A stretch of 64,000 nt of DNA from an uncultured Owenweeksia sp. (GCA_964475135.1 CAYYWL010000003.1:305-64304); one strand, 5' to 3'. Positions 44,471-56,170 are shown, counted from the first letter of the stretch. Made by a program: numbers and translations. The notes: generated by a model not told the origin, from the letters alone.

Positions 44471-46024
44471 TTAAAGCGGAATATTTCCGTGCTTGCGCTT
44501 CGGACGCGCCACCGATTTGTTCTCGAGCATCGCAAATGCCTTGATGAGTTTGGCCCGCGTTTCGTGCGGAAAAATTACCTCGTCCACATAGCCACGCGCC
44601 GCCGCCTGGTAGGGGTTGGCGAAGGCCTCAGCGTATTCGGCCTCCTTCTGCGCCCACATGGCCGCGGGGTCAGCAGCCTTGCTGATTTCGTTTTTAAAAA
44701 TGATTTCGGCAGCTCCTTTAGCGCCCATAACCGCAATTTCGGCCGATGGCCACGCGAAGTTGAGGTCGGCTCCGATGTGCTTTGAATTCATCACGTCGTA
44801 GGCTCCGCCGTAGGCCTTACGGGTGATGACCGTGATGCGCGGAACCGTCGCCTCACTAAACGCATAGAGCAGCTTGGCTCCGTGCATGATGATGCCGTTC
44901 CACTCTTGGTCGGTTCCGGGCAAAAATCCGGGCACGTCTTCGAGCACCAGCAGCGGAATATTAAACGCGTCGCAAAAGCGCACAAACCGAGCCCCCTTGG
45001 TCGACGCGTGAATGTCCAGCACCCCTGCCAGGTAGGCGGGCTGGTTGGCAACGATTCCGACCGAACGGCCCGCAAGGCGCGCAAAGCCTACCACCATGTT
45101 GCAGGCGAAGTCTTTGTGCACCTCATAAAAGCTCCCGGCGTCCACCACCTCGCTGATGACGTCGTGAATGTCGTAGGGCTGCTGGGCGCTCTCGGGCACC
45201 ACCGCGTCCAACTTCGGACGGCGCTCGTCGCCCTTGGTGTACGGCAGGTGCGGAACCCCATCCATATTGTTCTGCGGCAGGTAGCTCAAGAGCGTCTTGA
45301 ATCCCTCAATCGCCGCCACACCGTTCGGATAGGTGAAGTGGGTTACGCCGCTCTTGCTGGCGTGCGCGGAGGCTCCGCCCAGCTCTTCAGAGGTCACCTC
45401 TTCGTGCGTCACGGTCTTGACCACGTTCGGACCCGTCACAAACATGTACGAATTGCCCTCAACCATTCCGATGAAGTCAGTAAGCGCTGGTGAATACACG
45501 GCTCCGCCTGCACAGGGGCCCATGATCAGGCTCAGCTGGGGAATCACGCCCGACGCGAGCGTGTTGCGGTAAAAGAGGTCCGCATATCCCCCCAAGCTCA
45601 CGACGCCTTCTTGAATACGGGCTCCGCCCGAATCATTGAGGCCCACAATCGGAGCTCCGTTGTCCATGGCCAAGTCCATGATGCGGCAAATTTTTTCAGC
45701 ATGCGCCTCGGCCAGCGAGCCCCCCAGCACCGTGAAATCTTGGGCGTAGGCATAGGTAAGCCGGCCGTTGACGGTGCCGTAACCCGTCACGACTCCGTCG
45801 CCCAAAAACTGCTGCTTGTCTAAGCCAAACAGGGTGCTGCGGTGGGTCACCAGGGCGCCCAATTCTTCAAAGCTGCCCTCGTCAAAAAACAGTTCAAGGC
45901 GCTCGCGTGCCGTCAACTTCTTTTTGGCGTGCTGGGCGTCAATACGTGCTTGGCCGCCGCCGAGCTGCGCCTCGGCGCGCTTCGCCGCAAGCGTTTCAAA
46001 TGCTTTGGATGAGGATTGTGCCAT
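44471..46024 (-). CDS. Acyl-CoA carboxylase carboxyltransferase subunit (propionyl-CoA carboxylase beta chain / methylmalonyl-CoA carboxyltransferase family)
   Basis: 517 aa with a sequence typical of the family ([32 protein letters not shown]). Confidence 0.92.
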   Translation of the reverse strand: MAQSSSKAFETLAAKRAEAQLGGGQARIDAQHAKKKLTARERLELFFDEGSFEELGALVTHRSTLFGLDKQQFLGDGVVTGYGTVNGRLTYAYAQDFTVLGGSLAEAHAEKICRIMDLAMDNGAPIVGLNDSGGARIQEGVVSLGGYADLFYRNTLASGVIPQLSLIMGPCAGGAVYSPALTDFIGMVEGNSYMFVTGPNVVKTVTHEEVTSEELGGASAHASKSGVTHFTYPNGVAAIEGFKTLLSYLPQNNMDGVPHLPYTKGDERRPKLDAVVPESAQQPYDIHDVISEVVDAGSFYEVHKDFACNMVVGFARLAGRSVGIVANQPAYLAGVLDIHASTKGARFVRFCDAFNIPLLVLEDVPGFLPGTDQEWNGIIMHGAKLLYAFSEATVPRITVITRKAYGGAYDVMNSKHIGADLNFAWPSAEIAVMGAKGAAEIIFKNEISKAADPAAMWAQKEAEYAEAFANPYQAAARGYVDEVIFPHETRAKLIKAFAMLENKSVARPKRKHGNIPL

Positions 46025-46048
46025 ACCGCGAAGTTAGCGCCCGGCACC

Positions 46049-46312
46049 TTAGCGAGGTTGGCAAGGTTAGCTCGTTAGCTGCTGGTTGCTCGTTGCTCCT
46101 GCATGCGCAGTCACCAGCTAGAGAACGCGCCAAGCCAACTGTTCGGTTCTAACCGGATTTTACTTTTTTTCAAAAAACCCAAACTAGCTTGATTGGTGTA
46201 AATCAACGCGTTAACCTAAAAATCCGTTTAGGAAAAAACCATGAAGCGGCACGAGCTGCGCCGCAGCGCGAAGGGCAAAAAGCTAACGAGCTAACCTTGC
46301 CAACCTCGCTAA
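46049..46312. repeat. Perfect 32-bp inverted repeat (46049-46080 / 46281-46312) bracketing a 200-bp AT-richer core; MITE-like or a long stem-loop
   Basis: The left arm TTAGCGAGGTTGGCAAGGTTAGCTCGTTAGCT is the exact reverse complement of the right arm. The reverse complement of 46299-46322 is identical to 11970-11993 (GGTTGGCTCGTTAGCGAGGTTGGC). Confidence 0.9.
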
Positions 46313-46329
46313 CGAGCCAACCGGCGCTC

Positions 46330-48126
<1,797 letters not shown>

Positions 48127-48188
48127 GAAGGATGCAAAGGTAACCTCGCGCGTAGCCTCTTGTTCTTCGGAACTTCCGATATTTGTGC

Positions 48189-49097
48189 ATGGCCACACCG
48201 AAACGCCCAGCACTGGGCCGCGGACTCTCCGCGCTACTGAACGACAACGCCGCCGTAACGGCGCAAGACCCCGGCGCGCGCGACGTGGTTTCGAGCATTT
48301 TTGAGGTGGCGCTGAGCCAAATCCAGGCCAATCCCAAGCAGCCCCGCACCCAGTTTGAGCCGGGTCCGCTCGAAGAACTCGCCGAATCCATTCGCCAACT
48401 CGGCATCATTCAGCCCATCACGGTGCGCCGCATCGAGGCTGACCGATTCGAAATCATTTCGGGCGAACGACGCTTTCGCGCCGCGCAGCTCGCTGGATTG
48501 GAGCGCGTCCCTGTGTTTGTGCGCCTCGCCGACGACCAGCAAATGCTTGAAATGGCGTTGGTTGAAAACATTCAGCGCCGCGACCTCGACCCCATGGAGG
48601 TTGCCTTTTCGTACCAACGCCTCATGGAAGAGTGCAGCCTCACCCAGCAGCAGGTTTCAGAGCGCGTGGGCAAGCAGCGCTCGACGGTGGCCAACTTTCT
48701 TGGCCTTCTGAAATTGACGCCCCTGATTCAGGCGGGACTTCGCGACCGAACCATCAGCGCTGGGCATGCCAAGGCACTTGTGGGCCTCGAAGACCCCAAC
48801 GTTCAGGACGAGCTCTACATGGACAGCGTGGCCCAGCAGTGGTCGGTCCGCCAGCTCGAAGAAGCCGTGCGCCTCGTCCAAAACCCTGACGGTATTCCCG
48901 GTTCCGAAACCCCCGAAGCTCTTGCCGCCCCAGCCCGCGGACGCAGCATCAACGATGTGGCCTCAGCTCAGGCGTTCAAAAACATCCTCGGACTGGCCGC
49001 CAAAGTGACCAAAACTGCCCAAGGCTCGGGCACGGTCACCTTGAAGTTCCGCAGCGAAGAAGAGCTTCAAAAAGCGCTTAAAAACATGGGGTTCTAA
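48189..49097 (+). CDS. parB: ParB/Spo0J chromosome partitioning protein
   Basis: The ATG at 48189 gives [24 protein letters not shown] and the GERRFRAA ParB box are present. Confidence 0.9.
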   Translation: MATPKRPALGRGLSALLNDNAAVTAQDPGARDVVSSIFEVALSQIQANPKQPRTQFEPGPLEELAESIRQLGIIQPITVRRIEADRFEIISGERRFRAAQLAGLERVPVFVRLADDQQMLEMALVENIQRRDLDPMEVAFSYQRLMEECSLTQQQVSERVGKQRSTVANFLGLLKLTPLIQAGLRDRTISAGHAKALVGLEDPNVQDELYMDSVAQQWSVRQLEEAVRLVQNPDGIPGSETPEALAAPARGRSINDVASAQAFKNILGLAAKVTKTAQGSGTVTLKFRSEEELQKALKNMGF

Positions 49098-49121
49098 GAA
49101 ACCCAACGCGACCCCCCCAAC

Positions 49122-49158
49122 AAAAAAGCCCGCCGTCACCGGCGGGCTTTTGCTTTTT
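49122..49158. terminator. Bidirectional intrinsic terminator between convergent genes
   Basis: AAAAAA is followed by the stem GCCCGCCG/CGGCGGGC (loop TCAC) and then TTTTGCTTTTT. Confidence 0.85.
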
Positions 49159-49170
49159 CGGAGCAACCGA

Positions 49171-51306
49171 CTAGCGCAGCGTCATCTCCTTGACCAAGTG
49201 ACCGGCACCAGCGTACTTGTCGATGATGAAGAGCACGTAGCGAATGTCGCACGAAATCGTGCGCTGCAGCTCCGTTTCAAAGAAAATGTCGCCCGACATC
49301 GCCTCCCAGTTGCCGTCAAAGGCCACACCGATCAGCTCGCCTTTGGCGTTGATCAGCGGCGACCCAGAGTTGCCCCCGGTGATGTCGTTGCCCGAAATGA
49401 TTCCGACCGGAACGCGGCCCGTTTTGTCGGCGTACGGACCAAAATCCTTGGCCTTGTAGAGCTCCTTGAGGCGGGCCGGAACCACAAACTCAGGATTCGA
49501 AGCATCCTCCTTCTGCATCACGCCGTCGAGGTAGGTGATGTAGTCGTACTTCACGCCGTCGCGGGGCTCGTAGCTGCCCACGTGGCCGTACGTCATGCGC
49601 ATCGTCGAGTTCGCGTCGGGCGACCAAGTACGGGTCGGATCCATTTCGCGCACACCCGCCGTCAGCAGGCGGTAGGCCTTGGTCTTTTTCGCGGCGAGCG
49701 AAGCATCCTGACCGCCGAAGTAGGTCGTGCGGAAGTCGTTCGCCACCTTGGTCAACGGGTCGTTGGCAAGCGTCGCGGAATCGGGATTCTCAAGGAATGC
49801 CGCAAAACGCTTCGCGTCCATGTAGATCGAGTTCTCGTAGGCGTTGTTGGCAAAGGCCTCAAGTGCTGAAGCGTCACCGTTCATGTCCTGCAAGAACTTA
49901 GGCTGCTGTGCCTTTGGTACGTCGTTCATGTACAGCTTCCACAGCGCCATCATCAAGTCGCGGTCGACACCCGCGTGGAACTCAGCGAAGTTCTCGCGAG
50001 CCATCTCTTCGATACCGGCAATACTCTTTTTCAGGGCATCGCGGTCTTTTGCCACGCGTTCGAGCGTGCGGCCCATTCGGTAAGCAAACAGCGCCGAAGA
50101 GGGTCCGCGCACGATGCCTTCCATCAAAAAGACGTTGTTCACTACCGATGCATTGGTGGCATCGTAGTACTCAGCCATAAGCTTAAGTGACTCACCGTAC
50201 TTGGCCTGGCGCTCGGGCGACTGGGCGATCCACGCCTCAAACTGCTTCTCGAGGTCGCGCTTCTTGTCGTACACCTTATTGTTCTTGAGCTGCTCGGTCT
50301 GGCCGATGTAGTACTTCCAGTAGTTCGCGGTCGACGCGTAGTTCGAGGCCAGCAAAATGTTGAGCGCGGGATCCGACTCCATGTACTTGCGTAAAACCGC
50401 CAGCTTTTGGTCGCGGATCTTCACCACGGTCGGATTGTACAGGTCAATCGCCTGCTGCACGCCCCAGCTGCTGAGGTAGCGGTCGGTGCGTCCGGGGTAG
50501 CCGAAAATCATTGTAAAATCGCCGTCCTTTACCCCTTTGGTGCTTACGGGAAGGTGGTGCTTCGGAGTCAAAGGCACGTTGTCGGCGCTGTATTCGGCGG
50601 GCTTTCCGTCCTTGCCGGCGTACACGCGGAACATCGAGAAGTCCCCCGTGTGGCGCGGCCACATCCAGTTGTCGGTGTCGCCACCAAACTTTCCGACGCT
50701 GCTCGGCGGAGTTCCGACCAAACGAACGTCGTTAAACTTCTCGTAGACAAACAGGTAGAACTCGTTGCCGTGGTAGAACGTCTCCACCGAAGCCTCGTAG
50801 TGCGTGCCCTCGGTGGCCGCCTTGGCAAGCTCGGAACCCTTCATTTGAATGGCCTTTGCGCGCTCTGCCTCAGACATTTGGTCGTTCAATGAGGCATTGA
50901 CGGCGGCAGTAACATCTTCAATGCGCACCAAGAAGTTGGCAAAAAGGCCCGGATTGGGCAGCTCTTGGCTGCGGTCCATGGCCCAGAAGCCGTCCTCGAG
51001 GTAGTTATGCTTTACCGTCGAATGCTTTTGAATGGCGTCGTACCCACAGTGGTGGTTGGTCAGCAGCAAGCCTTGCGACGAGATGATTTCGCCGGTGCAA
51101 AATCCGCCAAACGACACAATTGCGTCTTTTAACGAACCGTGGTTGATGTCGTAAAGGTCTTTGGCTGAAAGCTTTAGACCTTCTTTCTTCATTTGGGCGT
51201 AGTTCAGTTTCTGAATCAGCAACGGAATCCACATGCCTTCGTCAGCGCGAAGGCTTGTTGGCAGCGCAAGCGCCACCGCCAGTAAGAGTGCAATGAATTT
51301 TTTCAT
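49171..51306 (-). CDS. S46 family dipeptidyl-peptidase (DPP7/DPP11-like)
   Basis: Signal peptide, ADEGMWIP, TNHHCGYD (His) and TGGNSGSPLIN (Ser) are present. 711 aa. Confidence 0.92.
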   Translation of the reverse strand: MKKFIALLLAVALALPTSLRADEGMWIPLLIQKLNYAQMKKEGLKLSAKDLYDINHGSLKDAIVSFGGFCTGEIISSQGLLLTNHHCGYDAIQKHSTVKHNYLEDGFWAMDRSQELPNPGLFANFLVRIEDVTAAVNASLNDQMSEAERAKAIQMKGSELAKAATEGTHYEASVETFYHGNEFYLFVYEKFNDVRLVGTPPSSVGKFGGDTDNWMWPRHTGDFSMFRVYAGKDGKPAEYSADNVPLTPKHHLPVSTKGVKDGDFTMIFGYPGRTDRYLSSWGVQQAIDLYNPTVVKIRDQKLAVLRKYMESDPALNILLASNYASTANYWKYYIGQTEQLKNNKVYDKKRDLEKQFEAWIAQSPERQAKYGESLKLMAEYYDATNASVVNNVFLMEGIVRGPSSALFAYRMGRTLERVAKDRDALKKSIAGIEEMARENFAEFHAGVDRDLMMALWKLYMNDVPKAQQPKFLQDMNGDASALEAFANNAYENSIYMDAKRFAAFLENPDSATLANDPLTKVANDFRTTYFGGQDASLAAKKTKAYRLLTAGVREMDPTRTWSPDANSTMRMTYGHVGSYEPRDGVKYDYITYLDGVMQKEDASNPEFVVPARLKELYKAKDFGPYADKTGRVPVGIISGNDITGGNSGSPLINAKGELIGVAFDGNWEAMSGDIFFETELQRTISCDIRYVLFIIDKYAGAGHLVKEMTLR

Positions 51307-51336
51307 AGGGCGTTAAAGTTACGCCCTGAGCGGCAA

Positions 51337-52128
51337 TTAGCTCACCAACTCGCCCGCCCGCACCTTGGCGGCAATGGCGTCCCAAAGCTTTAACCGCGCC
51401 TCGAGCGCCTCCACGCAGGCATCTTCTGCCTCAAGCCACAACTCGTCGTCCTCTTTGCAGAGGTTTTTCATCATCTGAATCGCCATCGGTCCGTGCTCGT
51501 CGCCGTCCAATTCAATGTGGCGGTCGAGGTAGTACACAAAGGCGCTCAGCTCGGTCGGATGCTCCGCGTACAGCTTCTTAATGAGTGCGGTAAACATATC
51601 CGGAATCAAATCCTCGCGCCCAAACGTGAACGCCGCGGCCGTCTGGTGGAGCTTGCCCCGCTTGAGAATGCGGTCCGTGGCCTTCAAAAAGTCCATGGTC
51701 GCTTCGTCGATCTCGGCGAGGTTAAATCGCAGCATGTCCTTGGCCTTAAATCCAGCCTGAAGCTTGCTCACAAAGCGCACAATCGTGCGGGTTTCGGCTC
51801 CGGCCTGGCGCATGGCGTCGAGGTAGAGCTCGTAGTGGCTCGCAGGGCGCCCGTTGACGTCCACGTCGGACTCTTCGGCCACCACAATTTCGTTGATGAG
51901 TCGGCGCGAGGCACGGTCTTCGGTTGGAACCCATGCCTCATCCACACACGTGAGATCCCGCTGCAGCGCCTTGAGGAGCCGCATAAAATCCCACACCGCA
52001 AAAACGTGGTGCTCCATAAAGGTGCGTACCTCGTTCATGCTCTGCATCATCGGGTACAGCTCGTGGTTCAAAATCGCTTGGCGCAGAGGCTCAATGCGGC
52101 GCTGAAGGGAGAGGATTCTAAATTCCAT
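51337..52128 (-). CDS. DUF3050-like protein
   Basis: I prefer the ATG at 52128 (MEFRILSLQRRIEPLRQAILNHELY). The track start at 52182 runs through a repeat element. The DUF assignment is from recollection. Confidence 0.65.
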   Translation of the reverse strand: MEFRILSLQRRIEPLRQAILNHELYPMMQSMNEVRTFMEHHVFAVWDFMRLLKALQRDLTCVDEAWVPTEDRASRRLINEIVVAEESDVDVNGRPASHYELYLDAMRQAGAETRTIVRFVSKLQAGFKAKDMLRFNLAEIDEATMDFLKATDRILKRGKLHQTAAAFTFGREDLIPDMFTALIKKLYAEHPTELSAFVYYLDRHIELDGDEHGPMAIQMMKNLCKEDDELWLEAEDACVEALEARLKLWDAIAAKVRAGELVS

Positions 52129-52132
52129 GTCT

Positions 52133-52204
52133 ACTTGTTTCTGGCTTCTCGTTTCTTGTTCTTGGTTCCTCGCGTAGGTCACTAGAAACTAGGAACCAGA
52201 AACT
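52133..52204. repeat. Short inverted or low-complexity repeat built on CTAGAAAC / GTTTCT words
   Basis: GTTTCTGGCTTCTCGTTTCTTGTTCTTGGTTCCT...CTAGAAACTAGGAACCAGAAAC. It shares ACTAGAAAC(A) with 56236-56246 and overlaps the last codons of the DUF2480 gene. Confidence 0.6.
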
Positions 52205-52701
52205 TTAAAGATCGGTACATTGCTGCAGGCCTCGCCGTACATGAGCTTGTCGGCCACCTTCGTGAGCTGTTGGGCTGCGACGGCGTAGGCGGTGTCCGGG
52301 ACGGGATGGGTTCCGCAGCCCTTGAGCAGGACTTTGGCGCTGCGGTAGGCCGACCAGTCGTGGGTCGCGAGGACCTGAGCGTAGTAGGCCGAAAGCACTT
52401 CGGATGGGGTTCCGAAACCCACAATCAATGCGTGCGACGCGAGCGCACTGGCGAGCATTGGCCCCAACCACTGCGGAACAATCACGTCCTGAGCACCCTC
52501 AAGGCAGACCACGGCGCGGTCGTACGTATGCTTTTCTAAATTCCGCACGTATTCACGTACAGAAGCTTCACGAATGATGCCTTCGGGTGCGAGCTCGGGA
52601 AGCGAAATGCGCCGCACTCCACCAGCAGGCCAAAAGTCCTCGAGGTCAAAGGTGACCAGGGCACTTTGGGCGACGCGGTTGGTGATGGGCGCTTCGTTCA
52701 C
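52189..52701 (-). CDS. DUF2480-like protein (commonly linked to suf genes in Bacteroidota)
   Basis: 170 aa (MNEAPITNRVAQSALVTFDLEDFWP...). The family call is from recollection. Confidence 0.65.
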   Translation of the reverse strand: MNEAPITNRVAQSALVTFDLEDFWPAGGVRRISLPELAPEGIIREASVREYVRNLEKHTYDRAVVCLEGAQDVIVPQWLGPMLASALASHALIVGFGTPSEVLSAYYAQVLATHDWSAYRSAKVLLKGCGTHPVPDTAYAVAAQQLTKVADKLMYGEACSNVPIFKVSGS

Positions 52702-52710
52702 GGCACAAAC

Positions 52711-54129
52711 TTAGTTCTGAACCCAGCGGTAGCGGCGGTATCCGAGGAGGTTGCCCTCGGTTTCGATGCGGTCGAGCACGGCTCCTTCGAGGGCCGGCGC
52801 CAACGGACCTTGAGCGGTTCGGGCGTGCAACGCTTCGTACTCCGCGAAACTGATGCAGCGGCGGTTCACCAAAGCGCCTTCAAGGTCCAAACCGCGAAGT
52901 TGGGCGGTAAAATTGGCCCGAAGGACACCGCTAAAGACTTTGGACTTGGATCCGGAACCGTAGCTCAAAAATCCAAGGCGCTTGCCCCCGAGGTCACGGC
53001 GGTCGGCATAGCCCACCAGGGCGCTCACGAGCCCCATAAAGATGGATGCGGTGTACATGTTTCCGACGCGCATTGAGGCGGCTTCGCCCGGTCCAATTTT
53101 CTCAGCCACATAGGCCTTGTAGGCTGCGGACTTGCTCCACACTTTGGCTAAGGCCTTGCGGCCTCCGGCCTCGGCCTCCGTCACGCCAGCTTCAGATTCT
53201 ACCTGGGCCAATAGACCCTGCTCGGCGTAGAGGTCAAGGGCGATTTCGGGCCACATACGGCGGCCCTGAAAGGCGTAGGGCAGGTGAAAGCACATGCCAA
53301 ACCAATCGTTCATTGCGCGAAGTCCGGCCTCGGCCTCGTAGCGGCCCAATGCCTCGCGCACGCGGCCGACGTAGCAGTCGTTCGAATAGGGCCCGTCAAA
53401 CACCGGGAACTCCAAAAACTGCTCAATCACCGCGTCGGGCGTGGCCCAAAAGGGGTGGTCGCTTCCGGCATCAACTGTTCCGCCCACGGCGGCGACGAGC
53501 TCGGCTTTGCCAAAGCTGCGGCGCGGCTTAAAAAAGTCGGCGGCGCTCTCCACGCTCACGCCCACCGCGTCGTCAAGGACTAGAATGCGCGGATCTTCGG
53601 TCACAAGTAGCGCCACAGCTCCAGCGCCTTGGGTGTACTCGCCCGGACTGTGCGGGGCGTACTTCGCGACGTCAGCGGCAATCACTAGTGCCTTGCGGCC
53701 ACGTCCAGCGCGCACCCAGTCGGCAGAATTCAGCAGCGCATCCACCCCTCCGGCGCACGCAAACGTCATGTCAAGGGCGTCGCAGTGGGCCAGCGAGCGC
53801 GGTCCAAAATCTGCGGCAAAGCGCTCCTCAAGCAGTCCGTGCACGTAGGTAGCCGACGGTTTGGCGGCGTCGACGGCACTCTCGGTTCCGAGGTAAATGC
53901 GGCCAATCTCGTGGGGCTTAATCCCATGCTGCGAAACCACCTTCCACGCGGCCTGCGCGGCCAACGTGACGCAGTCTTCGTCGGTATCGGGCACGGCCAT
54001 GGCCTCAAGGCCCAGACCAAAGCGAAGTTTCTCAAACTCCATTCCTCGGCCCTCGGCGAAGGCCTGCATCGGTAGCACCAACCGCGGTAAGGCAAAACCC
54101 AGCGCGTCGATGCCTACAGACTTACTCAT
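52711..54129 (-). CDS. Hydroxymethylglutaryl-CoA synthase family protein
   Basis: It has a thiolase-like fold sequence with a catalytic Cys context DMTFACAGG. 472 aa, with an ATGA overlap with the upstream sufT-like gene. Confidence 0.8.
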   Translation of the reverse strand: MSKSVGIDALGFALPRLVLPMQAFAEGRGMEFEKLRFGLGLEAMAVPDTDEDCVTLAAQAAWKVVSQHGIKPHEIGRIYLGTESAVDAAKPSATYVHGLLEERFAADFGPRSLAHCDALDMTFACAGGVDALLNSADWVRAGRGRKALVIAADVAKYAPHSPGEYTQGAGAVALLVTEDPRILVLDDAVGVSVESAADFFKPRRSFGKAELVAAVGGTVDAGSDHPFWATPDAVIEQFLEFPVFDGPYSNDCYVGRVREALGRYEAEAGLRAMNDWFGMCFHLPYAFQGRRMWPEIALDLYAEQGLLAQVESEAGVTEAEAGGRKALAKVWSKSAAYKAYVAEKIGPGEAASMRVGNMYTASIFMGLVSALVGYADRRDLGGKRLGFLSYGSGSKSKVFSGVLRANFTAQLRGLDLEGALVNRRCISFAEYEALHARTAQGPLAPALEGAVLDRIETEGNLLGYRRYRWVQN

Positions 54130-54452
54130 AGCATTCCTAATTCAAGCTTGGCCTCGTCGCTCATCATGTCGCGAGTCCAGGGGGGATCAAACGTAATTTC
54201 TACTTCCACTTGGCGGGCGGCCGGAAGCGTTCCCACCTTCTCTTTCACCTCCTCGGGCAGCGATTCGGCCACCGGACAGTTCGGAGAAGTCAAGGTCATG
54301 AGTACGTGAATGTCGCCCTCGTCGCTGACCTGCACGTCGTAGATCAGTCCGAGTTCATATATGTCCACAGGGATTTCAGGATCGTAGATCGTGCGCAGCA
54401 CGTCCACCGCCTGTTCTCCAATAGATTGCATCTCTGCGTCGCTCAGCATCAT
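54126..54452 (-). CDS. sufT: DUF59 / SufT-like Fe-S assembly protein
   Basis: The track ORF (to 54818) overlaps sufE out of frame. The ATG at 54452 gives MMLSDAEMQSIGEQAVDVLRTIYDPEIPVDIYELGLIY...TLTSPNCPVAE. 108 aa. Confidence 0.8.
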   Translation of the reverse strand: MMLSDAEMQSIGEQAVDVLRTIYDPEIPVDIYELGLIYDVQVSDEGDIHVLMTLTSPNCPVAESLPEEVKEKVGTLPAARQVEVEITFDPPWTRDMMSDEAKLELGML

Positions 54453-54454
54453 AC

Positions 54455-54886
54455 TTAATTTACCGCTTGGAATGCAACGCCGTAAAGGCGGATTTGTTTC
54501 ATCATGCTTTGCAGGCCGTTGGCACGAGTGGGGCTTAGGTGCTCGGTCAGCCCAATGGCCGTCAAAAATTCGAAGTCGGCCTTGGCGAGCACCTCGGGCT
54601 CGAGCCCGTTGCACACCCTCAGCAGCAGCGCCACCAGTCCGCGGGTGATAATCGCGTCGGAATCCGCCGTAAAGTAGACCAATCCGTCGCGCTTTTCGGC
54701 CGTAATCCAGACCTTGGACTGGCATCCGCGAATCAGGTTGTCGTCGGTCTTTATGGCCGCGTCGGCGGCCGGAAGCGACTTGCCCTGGGCAATAATGTGC
54801 TCGTAGCGGTCCATCCACTCGTCAAAGAATTCGAACTCGTCGACAACTTCTGCTTCGCGGGCCTTGAGGGTTTCGAAGGTGCTCAT
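54455..54886 (-). CDS. sufE: Cysteine desulfuration protein SufE
   Basis: 143 aa with IRGCQSKVW (conserved Cys), downstream of sufS. Confidence 0.88.
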   Translation of the reverse strand: MSTFETLKAREAEVVDEFEFFDEWMDRYEHIIAQGKSLPAADAAIKTDDNLIRGCQSKVWITAEKRDGLVYFTADSDAIITRGLVALLLRVCNGLEPEVLAKADFEFLTAIGLTEHLSPTRANGLQSMMKQIRLYGVAFQAVN

Positions 54887-54910
54887 GATTTCGTGCGGAA
54901 TTTCAACGGA

Positions 54911-56125
54911 TTAGCGAAGCATGCGCAGGGCGCGTTCTACCCCGTCGGCCAAGCGGTCCACATCTTCACGCGACGAGTACGCGGCAAAGCTGGCTCGTAC
55001 CGTTCCGGGAATGTTGTAGTAATCCATAATTGGCTGCGCGCAGTGCTGGCCGGTGCGCACGGCGATGCCCTGCTGGTCGAGCAGCGTACCCAAATCATAA
55101 GGATGCAGGTCGGCAAACCCGAAGCTTAGCACGGCGGACTTCTCGGGCGCGGTTCCAAACAGCACCAACCCGTCGATGGCGGTGAGGCGCTCGGTTCCGT
55201 AGGCCATTAGGTCGGCCTCGTGGGCCATGAGGGCGTCCATTCCGACGGAATTCATCCAGTCGAGCGCGGCGCCCCAGCCGACCACGGCCTCGATGTTGGG
55301 GGTTCCAGCCTCAAACTTAAACGGCAGCCCCGCGTACGTACTCTGCGCCATGGTCACGGTCGAAATCATCTCTCCTCCGCCTTGGTAGGGAGGCAGTTTT
55401 TCGAGCCACTCGGTGCGTCCGTACAGCATGCCGGTGCCCGTCGGGCCGTACATTTTGTGGGCGGAACCCGCATAAAAATCAACCCCCATCGCCTGCACAT
55501 CCACAGGGCGGTGGGGCAGTCCCTGAGCGCCGTCGACGACCACACAAGCCCCGACGGCGTGCGCCCATTCGGTCAACTTCGCAACGGGGTTTACGGTTCC
55601 GAGCGCATTCGATATGTGGTTGAACGCCAGCAACTTCGTCTTAGGATTGATCAAGCGCTGTGCCTCGTCAAGATCCAGGCTTCCGTCGGCCAAAATCGGA
55701 ATGTAGCGCAGCGTCGCCCCCGTGTGCTGGGCCAGCATCTGCCACGGAACCAAGTTGCTGTGGTGCTCCAACTGGCTCACCACGACCTCGTCGCCCGGCG
55801 ACAGAAGGCCACGGAACCCGTGCGCCACCAAATTGATCGAACCCGTCGTGCCGGTCGTGTAGATGATTTCGTGCTCAAACTCAGCGTTCACCAAGCGCTG
55901 CAGCTTGCCGCGCGTCGCCTCAAAGGCATCCGTCGCACGCTGGCTCAGCGTATGCACCCCACGGTGCACGTTGCTGTTGATCTGCCCGTAGTAGTGCACG
56001 ATCGCATCGATCACCGCCTGCGGCTTCTGCGTCGTCGCCGCATTATCCAAATACACCAGCGGCTTGCCGTGCACCTCTTGGTCGAGGATGGGAAATTCCT
56101 TGCGGAGCGCAGCAAAATCAATCAT
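54911..56125 (-). CDS. sufS: Cysteine desulfurase SufS (group II)
   Basis: SAHKMYGPTG (PLP Lys) and RTGQHCAQP (catalytic Cys) are present. 404 aa. Confidence 0.93.
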   Translation of the reverse strand: MIDFAALRKEFPILDQEVHGKPLVYLDNAATTQKPQAVIDAIVHYYGQINSNVHRGVHTLSQRATDAFEATRGKLQRLVNAEFEHEIIYTTGTTGSINLVAHGFRGLLSPGDEVVVSQLEHHSNLVPWQMLAQHTGATLRYIPILADGSLDLDEAQRLINPKTKLLAFNHISNALGTVNPVAKLTEWAHAVGACVVVDGAQGLPHRPVDVQAMGVDFYAGSAHKMYGPTGTGMLYGRTEWLEKLPPYQGGGEMISTVTMAQSTYAGLPFKFEAGTPNIEAVVGWGAALDWMNSVGMDALMAHEADLMAYGTERLTAIDGLVLFGTAPEKSAVLSFGFADLHPYDLGTLLDQQGIAVRTGQHCAQPIMDYYNIPGTVRASFAAYSSREDVDRLADGVERALRMLR

Positions 56126-56170
56126 GGTACAAAGGTCGGGAATAAATGCGGAACCTTAGGTTTAACCGCA

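Noticed and set aside
46241-46294. 17-codon ORF (MKRHELRRSAKGKKLTS) inside the inverted-repeat element, preceded by AGGAAAAAACC
   Set aside because: It is too short, it ends inside the repeat arm, and there is no supporting evidence. Bacteroidota do not rely on Shine-Dalgarno pairing, so the purine run is not informative.
54126-54818. 230-aa ORF as listed, and other N-terminally extended track ORFs starting at 5610, 7699, 48213(-), 52182(-), 61527(-), 26930(-), 26965, 28420 and 56296
   Set aside because: The extensions overlap neighbouring genes, terminators or repeats. They precede internal ATGs that give proper signal peptides or canonical N-termini, for example MNDIRNF for LepA and MMLSD for SufT. 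I used the shorter coordinates.
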